From assembly GCA_951804945.1 (NCBI GenBank), contig OX638164.1:8060001-8124000 (forward strand): a stretch of 64,000 nt of DNA, written 5' to 3'. Under the pieces are notes generated by a model. That model worked only from the letters and a program-made list of their open reading frames with translations. It was not told the DNA's origin and searched no databases. Both the position numbers and the translations under genes were made by a program. Below are positions 38,196-52,583 of this stretch, piece after piece (position 1 is the first letter of the stretch; each line of letters opens with the position of its first letter). Origin of the DNA: Podarcis cretensis (lineage: Eukaryota).

Positions 38196-40269
38196 TCACA
38201 ATTAATCTTATTTATTTATTTAAAGTTATAACAAAATAAACTATCTGGTAAGGCAAAAAGTCACAAGGAAACAGAACAAAAGCAAGATGTGCTAACAGGC
38301 AGTCTTCATGCTTACGAGAGAAAATCTCATTTTTGATGTTAAGTAAATCTCAGTACACTCCTGAGACTTGAAGCCATTTTATACATTCGGCAGGATCAAA
38401 TGGTAAGACTACTCCAGAGCTGGACGATTTCAGATACAAAGCCCCACGTACGGCCTGCAGTCATACAGTCTTGGAAATGCTTTGCAACTGCTGCCGTCTG
38501 AACTTATGTTGCATTGCAGCAATGGGTCCAGGACCATAATTAGGGAGCCTCTTAATCTTTAAAACGAATGGCTTTACAGGTATGAAAACAATGCACTGGT
38601 GAGGTCAGGTAGTCAGCAGATCAGCACTACTTCTGTGCAGCTCTCACATTCAACAGCAGTTGCTTGAAGCAAGATGTCTAATACAGCTGGAACTTGCTGG
38701 AGCCTTATGTCAAAGACAGCTGTTGCGGCCAAATAACCACCACATTTACTAATTAGGAAGGATCAGTGTTCAAGAGAGCCGATTCCCTATTCCTCTCCTG
38801 CAATCAGGGAAAATGCACAGGGTCAAAGCGAGGAGAAGTTTAGGTGTCACAGCTGAGAAACACAGGCTGCTCTTAGGATAATTTAGAAAAAAGATAAAGA
38901 AAACAGCAGGAAGACAAATTTTCATTGGAACTATTACTGGTGTGACAGAATATTCTCTTGGCAGAAGAATTCTAAGATTTCAGGGAGAAATGCAAAGGTT
39001 AATTTTTACTCTTTGGAGATTACAAGGACACATGAACACGAGAGAAAATTTAGAACATTAATGAGAGCAAAAGCAATTATATCACCTCTCACTGCCACTC
39101 ATATATTTTAGATTAAGGTAGTAGGGATGGTTTCACTATACTTAACCAATGGAAACAAAAACAAGAGCCTCCTAATAATAGCTGAGCCACAGGAAAGGTA
39201 AAAAGAGATGAATGAAAGAGCACTTAAAAGAATCAATGTGAGCCTTAACACCCTCCCCTTGAAATTCCCTGTGTGGAAAGACCACCAGCATCCTGGGGAA
39301 TGCTCAACCTTCAGCACGAGTGTCACAAGGTCACATGAGTGGTGGGAACGCTCTTCCTCAGAAAGGAGCGACTCAGCCTGACAAGGTCTCAGGCGTGACT
39401 GATAGTCAGGAACTCACAGCATTAAGAGACAAGGTCAAATTCCAGAGCACCAGAAACCAAACCAAAATAATAAAAATAAGTGACTGCCTAGTTTGTGTTG
39501 ATTCACTTTGCATCTACAATCATGGTGCATTTAATCTCTCGCTGCCTTTTTTCTTCTTCCTCCGACACAATCAGCTCCTCGGGAGCCAAGGAGGGGCCAG
39601 TGGAGACCCATTGGAGTAAACGAATCCAGATTTTATGAACTGCTGGCAGCCAAATACTCCCACAGTATGGCCTATTATTAGATCACTTGCCTTACGTGGA
39701 AAAGGTTTCTTAAACTGCAGAGAGAAATAAATGGGCAAATCTAACACTGGAGTTAAAGTGGGTCTGCCAAGTGCACGCAGCAGTAATCCATAATGAGATG
39801 CAAATAGAAGAAAGAACATATATACCGGATCTCCTAAGACATACCGTATCTTTGGTTAAAAACCTGAAAAATTTAACAGGGAGTAATTTTCTGTCTGCGA
39901 AGTTCTTTATCACAAAAACAAAGCAAAGCAATATAAACCTATCTAATTTTCTGCTCAAATTGCATAATCCATGTTCCAGCCATACATAAATTAAGTAAAG
40001 ATACTATTTCTACTATACTGTTCTACTTAGTACATGCACGTGATTATGCCAGACAAAAATTAGCTGTCATTGGTTTTAAGTGGAGATGAGCAAGAACACA
40101 CAAAAAACACACTTTCCGACAAATTAAAAGGTAGACAGACAAACAGCTGACATATCCTTGTGTGCGTGAGAGAAGTGACTTGTTTGAACCAATTATCAGG
40201 AATAGTCTCTTTCCTGTTCAACATCTTCACTCAGTTTTAGGTCCTTCTTGGTCTCTTTCCTCCTTACAC

Positions 40270-40620
40270 CCCACCCAACCACCAGCCAAGATGCAGATGG
40301 GGATAAGAGGGTTTTTTATTGTGCTGCCTAAATTATGTAACAGCATCAAAAATCAGGTTTATCTACCCTTTTTAAGAAGGCTCTTAAGAGCATTTTATTT
40401 TGGTGAACGTTCTTTAACCAGAGCCCCCTAGACAATGCCCCCCTTTCATTTCCCTGTTCCTGGTGTATTTTTTATTGTGCTTTCTCACAGCTACTGTGCA
40501 TAAGTTGCTGCTCTTTTCAGAACTGTAATTCCCCTACTTTTATATGCTGTATGCCATCCTGAGTATGCCCTTAGCATAAAAAGTGGGGTACATAATTGCT
40601 AACATAAATAAATACATAAA
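40270..40620 (+). mobile_element. L2-like 3' end relic
   Basis: Degraded RAFSxxAPxLWN-type segment, T-rich UTR, and tail gccatcctgag...aaaagtggggta...aaataaat. Confidence 0.45.
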
Positions 40621-41206
40621 TTATACAAACCTATGATCATATCTATGGGACTTGTTCTCCCAAACACTGCATCAATGTGTCTCCCCTAAAAGCATCAGAG
40701 GACCTGATCTGGGAAAATCTTGGCAACAAGCAACAGCCAGGTTTTTTGCTCTGAGGTAGTAAGGGAATTGTATAGCTGCATAGATTTTTATTTATTTACT
40801 AAATTTGTATGCCGCCCTTCATCTGTAGAACTCAGAGAGGTTCACAAATACCAGCGGTCAACTTTCCTTCCCCCATATACTCTGATGAATTTTTTTGGCT
40901 ATTTGGAATAGAAAACAACTGAACCCATAAGCAACTCTTAAAGCTTGGCAAAAGTAATGATGCCTTTGTTAAAATTATAGATCCAAAACACCACCAAGTT
41001 ATTGTCACACAGCAGGTAGGGTGGAGCTATCAGACCACAACCAGCATGGCCCACTAAAAGCACAATGCCACGAAGGGTTAAGTGACCATGCCATAAGGCT
41101 GTGCTGAGTACTGTTGAATGTAAATCCCTTCCAACCCCTTCTATCTGATGTCATGTCAGAGCACAAATAATCCTGGCTCAGAATGCTCTAAAACCCAGTT
41201 TTTGAA

Positions 41207-41410
41207 TAGGGCTGTCACCTGATTAAAGAGAGCTTGGCTGATAAATTTGTAATGAATTTTACTCTGCTAATTAACTCTATGAATTATATCTGTATATAAA
41301 TAAAAAATGCTGCCAGCAAGCAGGCATTACAGAAGGCCTTGTCTAAGAAGAGGCATTCTCTCCAGTGAGAGGAGGGAGAATTCTTTTTCAAAGATGGCAG
41401 GTGCAGGTTT
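41207..41410 (+). mobile_element. hAT-like element (TAGGGCTGTCA terminus, internal hairpin), copy 1
   Basis: Begins tagggctgtcacctgatta. The internal segment agaagaggcattc...aagatggcag is shared with the 52280 and 59502 copies. Confidence 0.6.
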
Positions 41411-42274
41411 TATAAGTACTCACACTGAAAATCCTAGTGTTTGGGGGGCAATGATGGACCTGGGTGTGTGTGCTGAGGAAGAGAGTTCACATGTGAAAGG
41501 AAAGGAAACAGGGAGGGTTCAAAGGAACTATGACCCGCCACCCTAAAAAAAGGGGCTTTGCACGGCTCATACAAAAACAGAACCTCCCAAATGCCACATT
41601 GCACATGTAGTTTAACCCCACAGGCAAAAGTCTTCTCACCAGCAGATCTTGGTAGCCAATAGGTCCTTTCTGTTTTCAGCATGCATACTTGTCCCTGCTT
41701 TGCTCCCTTTTAAGCAGAAATAGGCAGGGCAACACCTGGAGCTCAACATGCCACTGTGTTAATGGGAAAGCACAAAGGATGTTGGTCGCCTTCCACGAGC
41801 TCATGCCTCTGTGCAGAGCTGCTAAGTCCCCCTCCCCTTGCGGAGGGTTGCTTCACCTGATAAACAATGTATCTATAAATATACCCACAAACACATTGGC
41901 ACTTCTGCTAGTTCAAGTTTGCATTATCATCAACTATCTCCTGGGAGTGTCGGGCCACAGAAACAACCAGCTGGTGCACCACAATGATTGCCCCTTCAGG
42001 AGAAGCATATAATAAAACCTGAAAGCTGCAATATGAACTTCGCACATACTTGTCCTTTTGGTTTATTCATCAGAAATAATTATCAGTAACAGACATTCAG
42101 AGCAGCACATTCTTTATGATGGGCATTAACATTTAGCCCGTCTCCATAATTATAATGCTGCAAGCTCAAAGGAGGTGTACCAGCCTCCCCAATTAAACTA
42201 ACTCTACTCAGGAAAAAACTCACGTTCTCCCCCGAAATGACATCATAATTATTTCTGTGAAGGAAAGCCTTACC

Positions 42275-42470
42275 TTAGTGTAGTAGTGGTTAAAAGATGA
42301 GGTCCTGAGTCCCCAATCTCACAGGAGTATTATTACTTGCTGTACTGTCTTCCAACATGCCACTCTCTCTCTCAGACGAAGCCCACCATTTTTAATACTG
42401 CAATAGCAAAGGCCCTCCCTCCAAGATTGTTGTAAGGATTAGTGAGATAATGTGAAGCACCGAAGCCTTG
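42275..42470 (+). mobile_element. MIR-like ancient SINE relic
   Basis: Head gtgtagtagtggttaaaag and MIR-type tail ttgttgtaaggattagtgagataatgtgaagcac. Confidence 0.6.
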
Positions 42471-42584
42471 TGCACACACAAATGTATTTCATCTAAACAT
42501 ATAGATGCTATTTTGCTCTTTTTTATAATGACTGACAGCCTTTCTCCATGTATGCCTCTCATCCAATATAAGACAGGTTTCAAT

Positions 42585-42873
42585 GTCAGAGAGGACAGTT
42601 CAGCCAGGGCACCCAGGTTAATAAATATCCTCCCCAAGGAAATCTGTGGGGCACCTACATTGTTAATCTTTAGGTCCCAGGCAGAAAAAGAGCACATTTT
42701 TATTGAGATTTGGGTGGCTGATATTGTTATATTTTTTTTATATTTTATCCACTGATAGTATTTTTTGTGATGTGCACTGTTGAACTGTCATGCCCTAATA
42801 CCCTTGTAAATCATCTTGAAATCTAGTAGGTTGAAGGGCAATACATAAAGTATTTAAAAATAAATAAATAAAA
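42585..42873 (+). mobile_element. L2-like 3' end relic
   Basis: Same architecture as the 40270 relic, ending tgtaaatcatcttga...gaagggcaatacataaa...(TAAA)n. Confidence 0.45.
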
Positions 42874-45449
42874 CACCTCTTCCTGCAGCTGACCACAGGG
42901 TTGGCACTATACCAAATTGATTGAGGCTTTGGGGGGGTTGCGAGGGGCCAGGCAGAAACATGAAGGGCGACAGGGGACATGCCCGTGGCCTGCAGTTCTC
43001 CCTCCCTAATGTATTACAATGCAAAAATGGTGTCACCAGCTCTTTGGATCAATATCTATTTATGGGCCAAGAAATTACATGTATGGTGACCTCGCCATCA
43101 GTGACACATTCTTCAGCCGCATCTGAGTCACCCGAGGCCCATAAACAAGCTTCCAAAAATAGGTCCTGTTTACTAGAGTTAAAACCCAGGCACTTGAACA
43201 AAAAGCCTGCACTGAAATGGGGGGGGGGTGTAGGAGGGGGAGCCCTGAAAAGCAAGATTCAAAAGTGAAGCGTTGCAAGATTACTGAACAGGGCCTATTA
43301 GGTGGCACCAAATTGCTATCTCGGTTTTCAAACGATATAAAAAACAAAGCAACTTCTGATGTTAAGAGAGCTGCGTGTGTTCTTTATAACCATTACCAAC
43401 ATCACAAATAGCCTTCTTGTCCTAAGAATGATGCCAGAGCATCCTTTGTGATTCACAGGTTGCAAAAACATACACATATATAACCATGGGTCATAAGGAT
43501 CATTCACAGGAGGAGCTGGAAGTAATTGCTTAGAAAGTAGTGTTAAACAAAGGGTTGAAACCACAGAATTGCTGAAGAGGGAACATTAAAAATGTCAGCA
43601 TGGATGAAAGACATTCACCAGCGCTTACTGTCAAGAAGCTACTGGCCTGCAGATGTCCTAAAGGGTACTTGGCTAATGGGATCAACATTACCGTTTATGA
43701 TATAAATTATATTTCGGAAGCAAACAACACAACAAAAAAGCACAGAAATGGAGTAAGTTCAAACTATTCTTTTATAGTAATAGTCTCCAGTTGAGCATAA
43801 TCACCAAAGCTACAAGTGATAAGATTGCCAAAACTAAGCAAACATCTGTGAGATGAATTCATCTCCGAGGGGAAGCCAACAGCTTGTTATCATTAAGGAG
43901 GCGATGCTCTCTCTGCATTTGAACTGCAGGCCCTTGTTACAGCTTTTGGAGAGGCAATTGCACCAGATGTTGGCAGCTATCTTCAGATGGACGACAGGCA
44001 CCTGCTGTGGAGGGTGGAGGACTTAAGTTTTCACTGCCCTTTGGGGGGGTCCATTCTGGAAAACAAGGAAGTAGTTGACCCCTCTGTACAGTGGGGAAAG
44101 TGTGTGCTTATGAAGAAAATTCAGTGTGTACTTTCCAATTGTTCAAAACCTTCCTATTTTTAAATAAGATTCAATAGGGTTCAGTCGGGAGGCAATACCT
44201 CCTCCCACTTGAGCCCAAGAACTCTAGGCTTATCTAGGGAAGCTGAAAGAATTATTATTTCTCAGATGTTATCCAGACAGAGATGGAAGCTCCAAATTAC
44301 CTAAATCTACTCTTTAAAGTGGATTTTAGTCATAACATAGATGGTAAAACCTGGCTTCTGTAGCTTATGTTGTTCTTTGTGTACTAATTACACAGCCAAT
44401 ACTACAATGAAATATCACAAGCGTTTGGAGTGTGCCTTCTGAACTTCTGCAGATGTTTCACCCAATGAGGACCCTCAAATTTGCTTCAATTTTGCCTGAG
44501 AAAAAACTCCAGTGGCCTCCCTAGAAGAAGTCACTGGTGAATCATGCCCACTGTGATCTTATCAGCAATTAATAACAAGACAGTCAATAGCAAAGGGCGC
44601 ATGTCCTTTTTTACTTTACGTTGGGTACCTTGAAAAATAAAAAAAGGAAAGAACACTTAACCCTTAAGCTGATTCCACTACATGCTGTTGAGAAAATTAA
44701 GTGTTCGCCTCTGGCAAGGAATACAACCCTATCAGCTTCAGCTCATCCCAAGATCAAGGGGCTTACAAGGTCTATTTTGAAATAAACATCATGTTTGACA
44801 CAAAATCATGATCTTCACTGTGCTAGTGCAGCTTTGAAATCAAAGCCCTGCTAGCGGGAATAGATTTTTCGCTTCTCTTATTGTTTCACCTGTGGAACAT
44901 TTCTTTCAGGCATCAAGCAGACTGTAAAATAACCTATTGCAAATCTTCAGCTTGTGAAAACAAGACAACGCGCCATACTTTAAATAAGCACAAGGTAAGC
45001 GACTTTCAGGCTAAAACTCTAGGATCTTCGATCAGTTATCTGAAGATGCCAACACAATTCCATTTAGATATACTCCAGTATATGGCATACAGAGATATTG
45101 GAGCCAGCCATTTTCACAGTGTAGTTAGAACTCTGAAACAGCCTGGTTCATCATCAAACAGGCTGCCACCACATCCTAGATCTGGGTGGAAAATACACAG
45201 CAACAAAACTGTAATGTTGTTTTGTATGAAGAGCACATTTAGCTTCCCTAAAAAGCTAAATACTAGTATGCCGTAACCATACCCCAAAACTGTTTTATTT
45301 CAAGGCAATACACCTCGTAGGGGAGGGGGTTTAAGGGAAAGCAGCCCTTTCCCTGCCTGAGAGTAAATATGCATCTGGGAACCCTAAGGAATACAAACTG
45401 ACTGATAGTAGTAGCTGCAGACAAAAGGCAGTATTTCTTCACACAACGT

Positions 45450-46165
45450 ACCAGTGAAACTTCTTAAAATAAGGGTTATATGAGTTCTAAATGAAATTCC
45501 AGTCAGTAATCTGGCTGTTGCATTTTTGATCAGTTGATGCTTCTCAGTTGTTTTCAAGTGCAGCCCCACCAAGAGTGCATTGCAATAATCCAATATGGGA
45601 GCTAGGAGTGCATGGAGCATAGCGTCCAAACTATCTCTGCCCAAAAGTGGCCAGAGCTGGAAATAGGCACTCCTAGCCACTAAAGACATCAGAGCCTCCA
45701 GTAATAATGTTGGATCCATGAGTAGCCCAGACTACAGACTTGCTCCTCCTGGGGACTGCAACCCTGCACAGAACCAGCCATCTCTCAAGTTCTTTGTCAA
45801 TTCTTAGTCAAGAGCACTCAGGACATGTAACATCCCTGCCTTATCAGGATTCCGCTTCTATTTATTGGCCCACATCCAGCTCATCACCACCTCCAACACT
45901 TCTCCTGGATGGAACAGAGAGACAGAATCTGGTGTCCCATTTTGTTCTAAAACTCATGAGGATCGCTCCCAGCAGCTTCAAACAGATGTAAAATATAGCA
46001 TGCAGGACTCACCATCTACTTCCTGAAGCCACTCCCAAAGAAGAGGGTGGTCAATGGATAAAAGGACATGGAAAGGTCAAGAAAAATGTCAAGCAGGGCA
46101 ACCAAAACCATTTCAGGGCCATGACCAGTCCTGAAACCAGACAGAAATGGGTCCAGATAATACTG
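45450..46165 (-). mobile_element. Degraded L2 (CR1-superfamily) reverse-transcriptase fragment
   Basis: The translation HALLAPILDYCNALLVGL...QLIKNATARLLTG...HIT matches the L2 motif LDYCN...LQxxQNAAARL. A YLDPFxSGFRxGHG-like remnant lies at about 46118-46162. Confidence 0.8.
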
Positions 46166-49100
46166 TGAGTTATAGTCCAGCAGCATCTAGGGGGGCCACA
46201 GTCCCCTTATACCTCACTATATGAACCCAAACATTTCTCGCCTGCCTCTCTTTCAGCATGGAGTTAGGAGAGAAGTGTTAAGACATCCACAATTTCCAGG
46301 AAAAGGATATGTGAATTTTAGGCCTATAAAATATGCCAAAACTCTACCTCCCGAACAAAACTCTCTTTCAAAAACCAAAAAAGACATGTCCAAAAGTAAT
46401 TTGAATCTACCAGCACCGTTAACTGCTATTAAGCGCAAATGCAACTTCAGGAAAGGCCACATGCATTGACTGGGCCACTCCAGCAATGACTGTGTGCATT
46501 GCAGACTTGTTTCAGATTATGAGAAAGCTAATCCACCTTCTCTTTAGATTACCCTGATCGGTTTTCTACCTGAGCTACTTTATCCTTGTCTCCCTTTTCA
46601 TATGAATGATCCTATCAGCATACAATTAATTATGATTTTTTTAAAGCATGCAAATTATAGGTATGCGTGCATTTCTGTCATGATTATTAGCACAGGTAAT
46701 AGCAGTGTGGAGTTCCAGAATTGGGGTGGGGGGCTTGTGTATCCCCTTAAATGTGGGCCTCCATACTTGCCACTGTTCACACTGGCCATTCTCTCTCCAA
46801 CCTCTCACTACTGCCCAGAAAGAGAGGCAAGAGGAGGTTGCTGCTGTTCCTCTCTGCACATGCTCAGTGGCAGGGCATCTGGTCTGCTAGCTGACAGTCC
46901 TCTGTCCTCCCCCTGCCACTTCTAAATTTTGTGGCAACTTTGGCAAACCCACTATTTTTCTGCAGGTCTGTATGTACTGTGTATATGCTGTGTGCCTCTC
47001 TCACATCCCACTGAGAAATGTGAAATCCCTAGGCATGCTAAGACAGAAGGGAGAAATAAAAGAGAGGAAAGGCTTGCATCACAGCATCAATGTTGGCAGC
47101 TTAGGTTTTCTTGGCTGTTAGTGCCTTTCTTGTTCTGACAGATTTGGAGAAGGAAACCCAGTGACCAAGACTGGAGCCTTCAGAGTTAGCTAGGCATGGC
47201 TTTTCTCTTACAATCCCTCATGAGGGTGGTGTGTGCTGCTGTGACACATTTCCTAGCAGTCTTATCATAAAGCCACTGAAGAGACAGAGACATAAAAATA
47301 CAACAAATGCTCAAAAGGGGAATGAAAATTGCCAGAGAGACTGGCTTGTCTCCCAAATGGAGCCAAGTGGCTGATGCACTACATCCTAGGTCTACCAGTT
47401 GCCTAAAAGCCTTCCAGCCTTAGACAATAGCACTGACTGTATATATAAAGGCACTTGAACAGGTCATAAGTGACCGATTTATGGCCATTTGCTTGCATGT
47501 AGGAAAAAGTGTCATTATACCCATTTCCCGCAGTACAGTGCTTTTTATCCACACCCCTCTCCTTACAGCCAAGGAACACTCATCTCTCAGGGATATTCTA
47601 AATGCTTTCCAGCTCTTCTGAGTATTCAGACCCAAAAATGGTCTGCTTAAAAAAAAACCAAAAAAACCAGTAACAAGCACTTTACTCAGGATGTTAACAT
47701 TTTTTTGGTACGGTGACAACAATGTTTTGTGTCATTATCCAACACAATGCATTATTTGACAAGAGTCTTCCTTCCCCTCTTGCCCTTAAAAAAAGTCTTA
47801 TTTCTTGAAAAAGTTCAAAGCAGGATGTATCACATTTTATTTTAGTGCCTTCAACTCTGGAGTTCTGGTCTGGACATCTTGCAGCACCATGCCAAGTTAC
47901 TTTTGCCCCATCTGGCTCATGTGAATTTCAGGGCTAAGCATGGCAAAGGTAGCCAAAATGAACAGGACTCCTAGTTGCTCAGACCCATGAAGCTTTTTTT
48001 CAGAGATTAAGGAGTGCCACATCATCTCATCTGACCTACTAGTGTAAGGAAGCTCTCTTGATTCTATCTAAGCTTCGAAATAGACTGGATTCGCCCACCA
48101 TGATCTTACTGCCACTCTTGGGCACACCCCTTGTTATGTTCCCATATCCCAATATGCCTCTCATACTGGTTAAAAAGATCCACCAGAGGAGGACAAGCAT
48201 TTGGGAGGTGATGGCGGAAATGGTTATAAACCATTCCTTAAAGGTAATATGTAAATACTGCCTTCTAAAGTAGACTGGAATAATTTTCTTTCAAAATGGG
48301 TTTCTTTTCAAAGTTAACTGGACAATATACATCCAGAGTCAAAGTAGGACAATAAAATGAGATGCAGGTTTTTGTCTCCAGCCGGCTTCTGTAGGCACAG
48401 GGGAGATTAGCAACAGCCATGCAAAAATGCACCAACATATTTTCTCCAATGCATATTAAAATCTTTTGGGTACTCTTGATTATTACAAATTCAGATTAAG
48501 TCAAGACCTGACCTTCTATTACTCTGAATGCAACTAATTTACAAATATAGTGTCTTGAAATGCAGCACTGAAAATTGTAACTGGCTAACAAGTAGTCAAT
48601 TTTTTTTTTTTTAAAAAAGAGAGATTTCTGAATAGAGGAACAATAATAAAAAAAAGCTTCAGTGTACCCTACTTACTAAAATAATCTACATTTCAATGTG
48701 TAGCAGAGGAAATGTGCCATTCCATCTGCCTGCCCATGCTAGAATAAATAACCCTTCACTGCTAGGAGGATCACAACCCTTCTCACCAACTGGCATCAGG
48801 CTGAAGCCAAGGTTAGGAGGTTGCACTGCCAAATCTCCCTAAAATGAACCCATGGAGAGAATATTGCCTTTTCTCATGCTAACAATCCTATTATCATGAC
48901 ATCTTCAGAGGCCCTTGGGGCCTCAGGGAAAAATAAACCTTGGAGTGTTTAATACTCCAATGGATCATTAACTTGTTCACACCCAGGTATCCATGCCAAA
49001 AGAGGCAGAGATCTCCTGTCTGGACGGGGTGATATTTCCACAGCTGTCAAAAGAGAAGGACTTGAAAAAAGCAACTAATAGTGTGACTTCTATCACTCTT

Positions 49101-49430
49101 TTGGGACATTCCTCAACTCCCGGGATTCTTGCGGATTGCACATATACACAATTTGAAAACACACAAGCGCATTTGCTGGGTTAAACAGGCCATTGCTGGC
49201 TCCTTGCTTTTTATTCAAATGTGTGATGTATTAAAAACATTAACAACAGGCTAGTACATCTTTATTTTCTTTGGAGATTACAGCACACTTTGGCATTCAC
49301 TCTACTATTCTTGCAACATAAAACCCAAGCTATGCTCAGGCACACCTAAAGAAACAGCAAGTTTAATCCTTTGTTTCTTTTCTGTTTAAGAGTCAAAGCA
49401 CCCAGGAAGGACCTAATGGGACAAAGTTTA

Positions 49431-49640
49431 GAGAGGCAGCATGATGCACTGGTTAGTGTGTTGGACTAGGATCTGAGAGAGACCAGGGTTCAAATCCCCA
49501 CTCAGCCATGTGGGCCAGTGTCTCATTCTCAGCCTAACTTATCTCACCTGGCTGTTGTGAAGATAAAAATGGTGAAGAGGAAAACTATACACAACAGTGT
49601 GAGCTCCTTAGAGGAAAGGTGAGATATAAGTGCAATCAAT
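49431..49640 (+). mobile_element. Older Squam3/MIR-like tRNA-derived SINE
   Basis: tRNA-like head with B box gggttcaaatccc, body ctcagcctaac...gttgtgaagataaaa, ending in (CAAT)n. Confidence 0.75.
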
Positions 49641-51743
49641 CAATCAATCAATCAATCCTTTCCTGCCTTATCTGTGGGTGTGATCAGACACCTACTTCTC
49701 CTAACAGCAACAGTCTCTTCCTGCATTCGCCTCACCTGTAGAGACTTCAGTAGGAAGCAAACCACTGCCATTCCTCTCCGCTGAAAAGAACAGGCTATCC
49801 CATGCTTCTTTGCACCCAGTAAGGAAAAAAATCTGCCTCTGAAAGGGACATTCTACTCAACTATTTATGGCCAGGAGGACGGAGGTAGATCTGCTCTACA
49901 CTAGCAAACGAGCAATAGTTTTTCAAGCAGCCCAGGGGCACAGAAAAACGGAGCCTACGTGGCAGAGAGTGTATCAAAGTGACTGAAGAGGCTTCTGTTC
50001 AAATTCCCTACTACTTGATCACGAAGCTCATTTTGGGCAAATCACCCAGCCCAATAGTGCTGTGATGACAAAATGGGGGTATATCACCAAAATGCAATTG
50101 AAGGAACGTAGTCATAATGAATTAACACTGAAGCACCGCTGGCCAAGCACCCTTTGCTCAAGACTTTAACAATTTAACTGGGTGCTAAATTTCATCCCAC
50201 CTTCAATCTCTCACTTTAGGATAGGAAGGGGGAGGAGGGGGAAAAGACACTGAAAGCCTTGTCCACTTGAGGGGTTTTTTTTCTCTCTTTTAAGGCAGGC
50301 ACATAGCAAACTTAACATGCCTCGCCTGGCTACTTTTCAAGAGAAATGCCTGAAGTCCAAGAATAAGAACAAATGCTTAAGGAGTCTTAAAACATCCTTG
50401 ATCTTTTAAGAGAGATAATGTAGCACAGGTATTTTATTATATTTTATTTTATTACTACTTTTACCATTACACACAGAGAACAGAAAAGTGCATTGGTGTA
50501 CTAAGTTGGCTTGACACATGCATCACTACTTCTCAGATCTGAAAAGTTCAGGCATCTACAACACACTTTTTACATTCCCACCATCTTGCTTACACATGGT
50601 GAAAAATAATATCGTACACCTTGCGATTCAGAAGACTGCAGCTGCAAAAGCTGAACACAGCTCTTCTCCAATAAGATCCTGCATGACTGGAGCAACAAAC
50701 AAACAATTAAACAGCCCTGAAACTCCAGCTACTTTTAGCATTCCTAGTGTGTAGTGGCTTAACCTTTCTCTGCCCAAAATTGCATGTATGACCTAAATAT
50801 TCTGGTACAGCATCCCAATGCTTGAGATCAGCAACTTCCAAGTACTTGTAAGGTGAAAAAGTAGCTTAGAAGCAAAAAAATTAAAAAAAATAATTAACAT
50901 TTCACAAAGAAGGGCTGCATCTTGACACAAACCCAGGAAGACATGGGAAACAGGGCAGCTGAGGTATATAAAGGCCTGATTGTAGCAGCCCACTGGATTG
51001 GAAATGACTCGTAAGCCTAATGAAACAAAACTTTTGGCAGTAAAACAGAATGAAAGGAATGAGACAATAAAAAGACAGGAACAAAGGGAGCAGAGTTGTT
51101 TCAGCTTAGCAAAATAAGCTCACTTTGTTGTTGGGAAAAGCCAAAGCCGATTAGGATAAACCAGTGACTAAGCATAAGTCTTCCCAACTAATTACACAGC
51201 TCACCATATAAAGTATAAATTGCAAGTCTCCAAAAATAAGGACTGGGTTACTTTCACAGGACTTCTGGAAAGCAAGTGGTTACCTACATAGGGGTGGGGT
51301 GAGGAAAAATAACAATCCCTTTTATTAGCAGCAGCTTACAGCTTTAAAAGAAGCAGAACATTCAGGTCTTAGGATATTTTAAGTGTAAGCTTTAATCAAG
51401 TTTGGAGAGGCTGGCGACTTTTTTATTGCAGGATATTACTTACACACACACACACACACATGGATATATGCAAATTTTAAGTGCTTCTGTGTATTCTAGT
51501 TGAAGTATAGAGGTAAAAGTGGAGAAGTCAGAGTAAAATCTGGGATTCTCAGTTTTATCCCTGGTCTTCCCATAGATTCCTTGCACAATTGTGGCTATAC
51601 CCATGCTGTATCTGAAACCGCAGCTCTCAAATAAATTGAGCAACCCTATTAAAGTTCATAGAATTACTCCAGTTACTTTATCAACATGGAAGGTGAGCTG
51701 CATTTCAGTTTCATGTCAATTTCTCTCCCAAACTGGCAAAAGC

Positions 51744-51784
<41 letters not shown>
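51744..51784. repeat. (TAA)n microsatellite
   Basis: Read directly from the sequence. Confidence 0.97.
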
Positions 51785-51786
<2 letters not shown>

Positions 51787-51917
51787 GACGAAGATCTTAG
51801 GCCAGAGATATGGCATTCAAGTCAATAAAAAGAGAATGTCTAAAGAGGCCCCAACTCAAAGGTCACAATCCAGCTCATTTCAGCAAGACTTACATATACT
51901 TAATGGAGCTGTGGACT

Positions 51918-52026
51918 GAGGGTTGTATCCAATTAAGTTTTACTCACACTACACTGAATGAAATTAATGGACCTGTTAGTCAAGTCCAATATCGTCTGAG
52001 TAGGACTAGCATTTGAAACAACCCTC
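51918..52026. repeat. Palindromic MITE-like repeat (gggttgtatccaa...aacaaccc)
   Basis: Terminal inverted match. A related copy at 57118-57220 shares tgaaattaatggac. Confidence 0.65.
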
Positions 52027-52279
52027 AACCTCTGAGATATTCAAATATCGTTTGTATTCGTATTCCATTCCAATCCCCTTCATTTGGCTGCTTTTTTTGG
52101 GGGGGGGGAAATCCTTTAGGGGATGATGATAATAGCCGAGTAGCCCTTTCTCTATACATACTGTAATTGACAATCTTTGCATATAATAAAGGGAAAGTTC
52201 TAAAATAAAGGTGAAATGGTGAACTTCTGGATGCTCCACAGGGAGGGAGAATTTCACACACAGCAGTGTTTGGGATTTA

Positions 52280-52583
52280 TTGGGGCAGCTACATGAAACT
52301 GACCAATCAGTATGGCTAATCAGTGTAAAGCAATTGGAAAGATGCTCCCCATTTTAAAACATTTTACAAAACTACTTCTAAAAATGGCAGGTGGCAAACA
52401 CATCTGAAAAGATATATTCTCCTTTCTCTCTCATGGGAGGGATGTCTCTTCTAATACGAAGCCTGCTACAACACATTTGTTCATCTATGAAAGGCAAAGA
52501 AGATCCACAATAAATCAACCTGGGTAAATTAGAAACTCATAAGATATATAGACTGAAATATTAGTAATCAGGTGACAGCCTTA
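52280..52583 (-). mobile_element. Same hAT-like family, copy 2
   Basis: Ends taatcaggtgacagcctta (reverse complement taaggctgtcacctgatta) and shares the internal segment. Confidence 0.6.
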
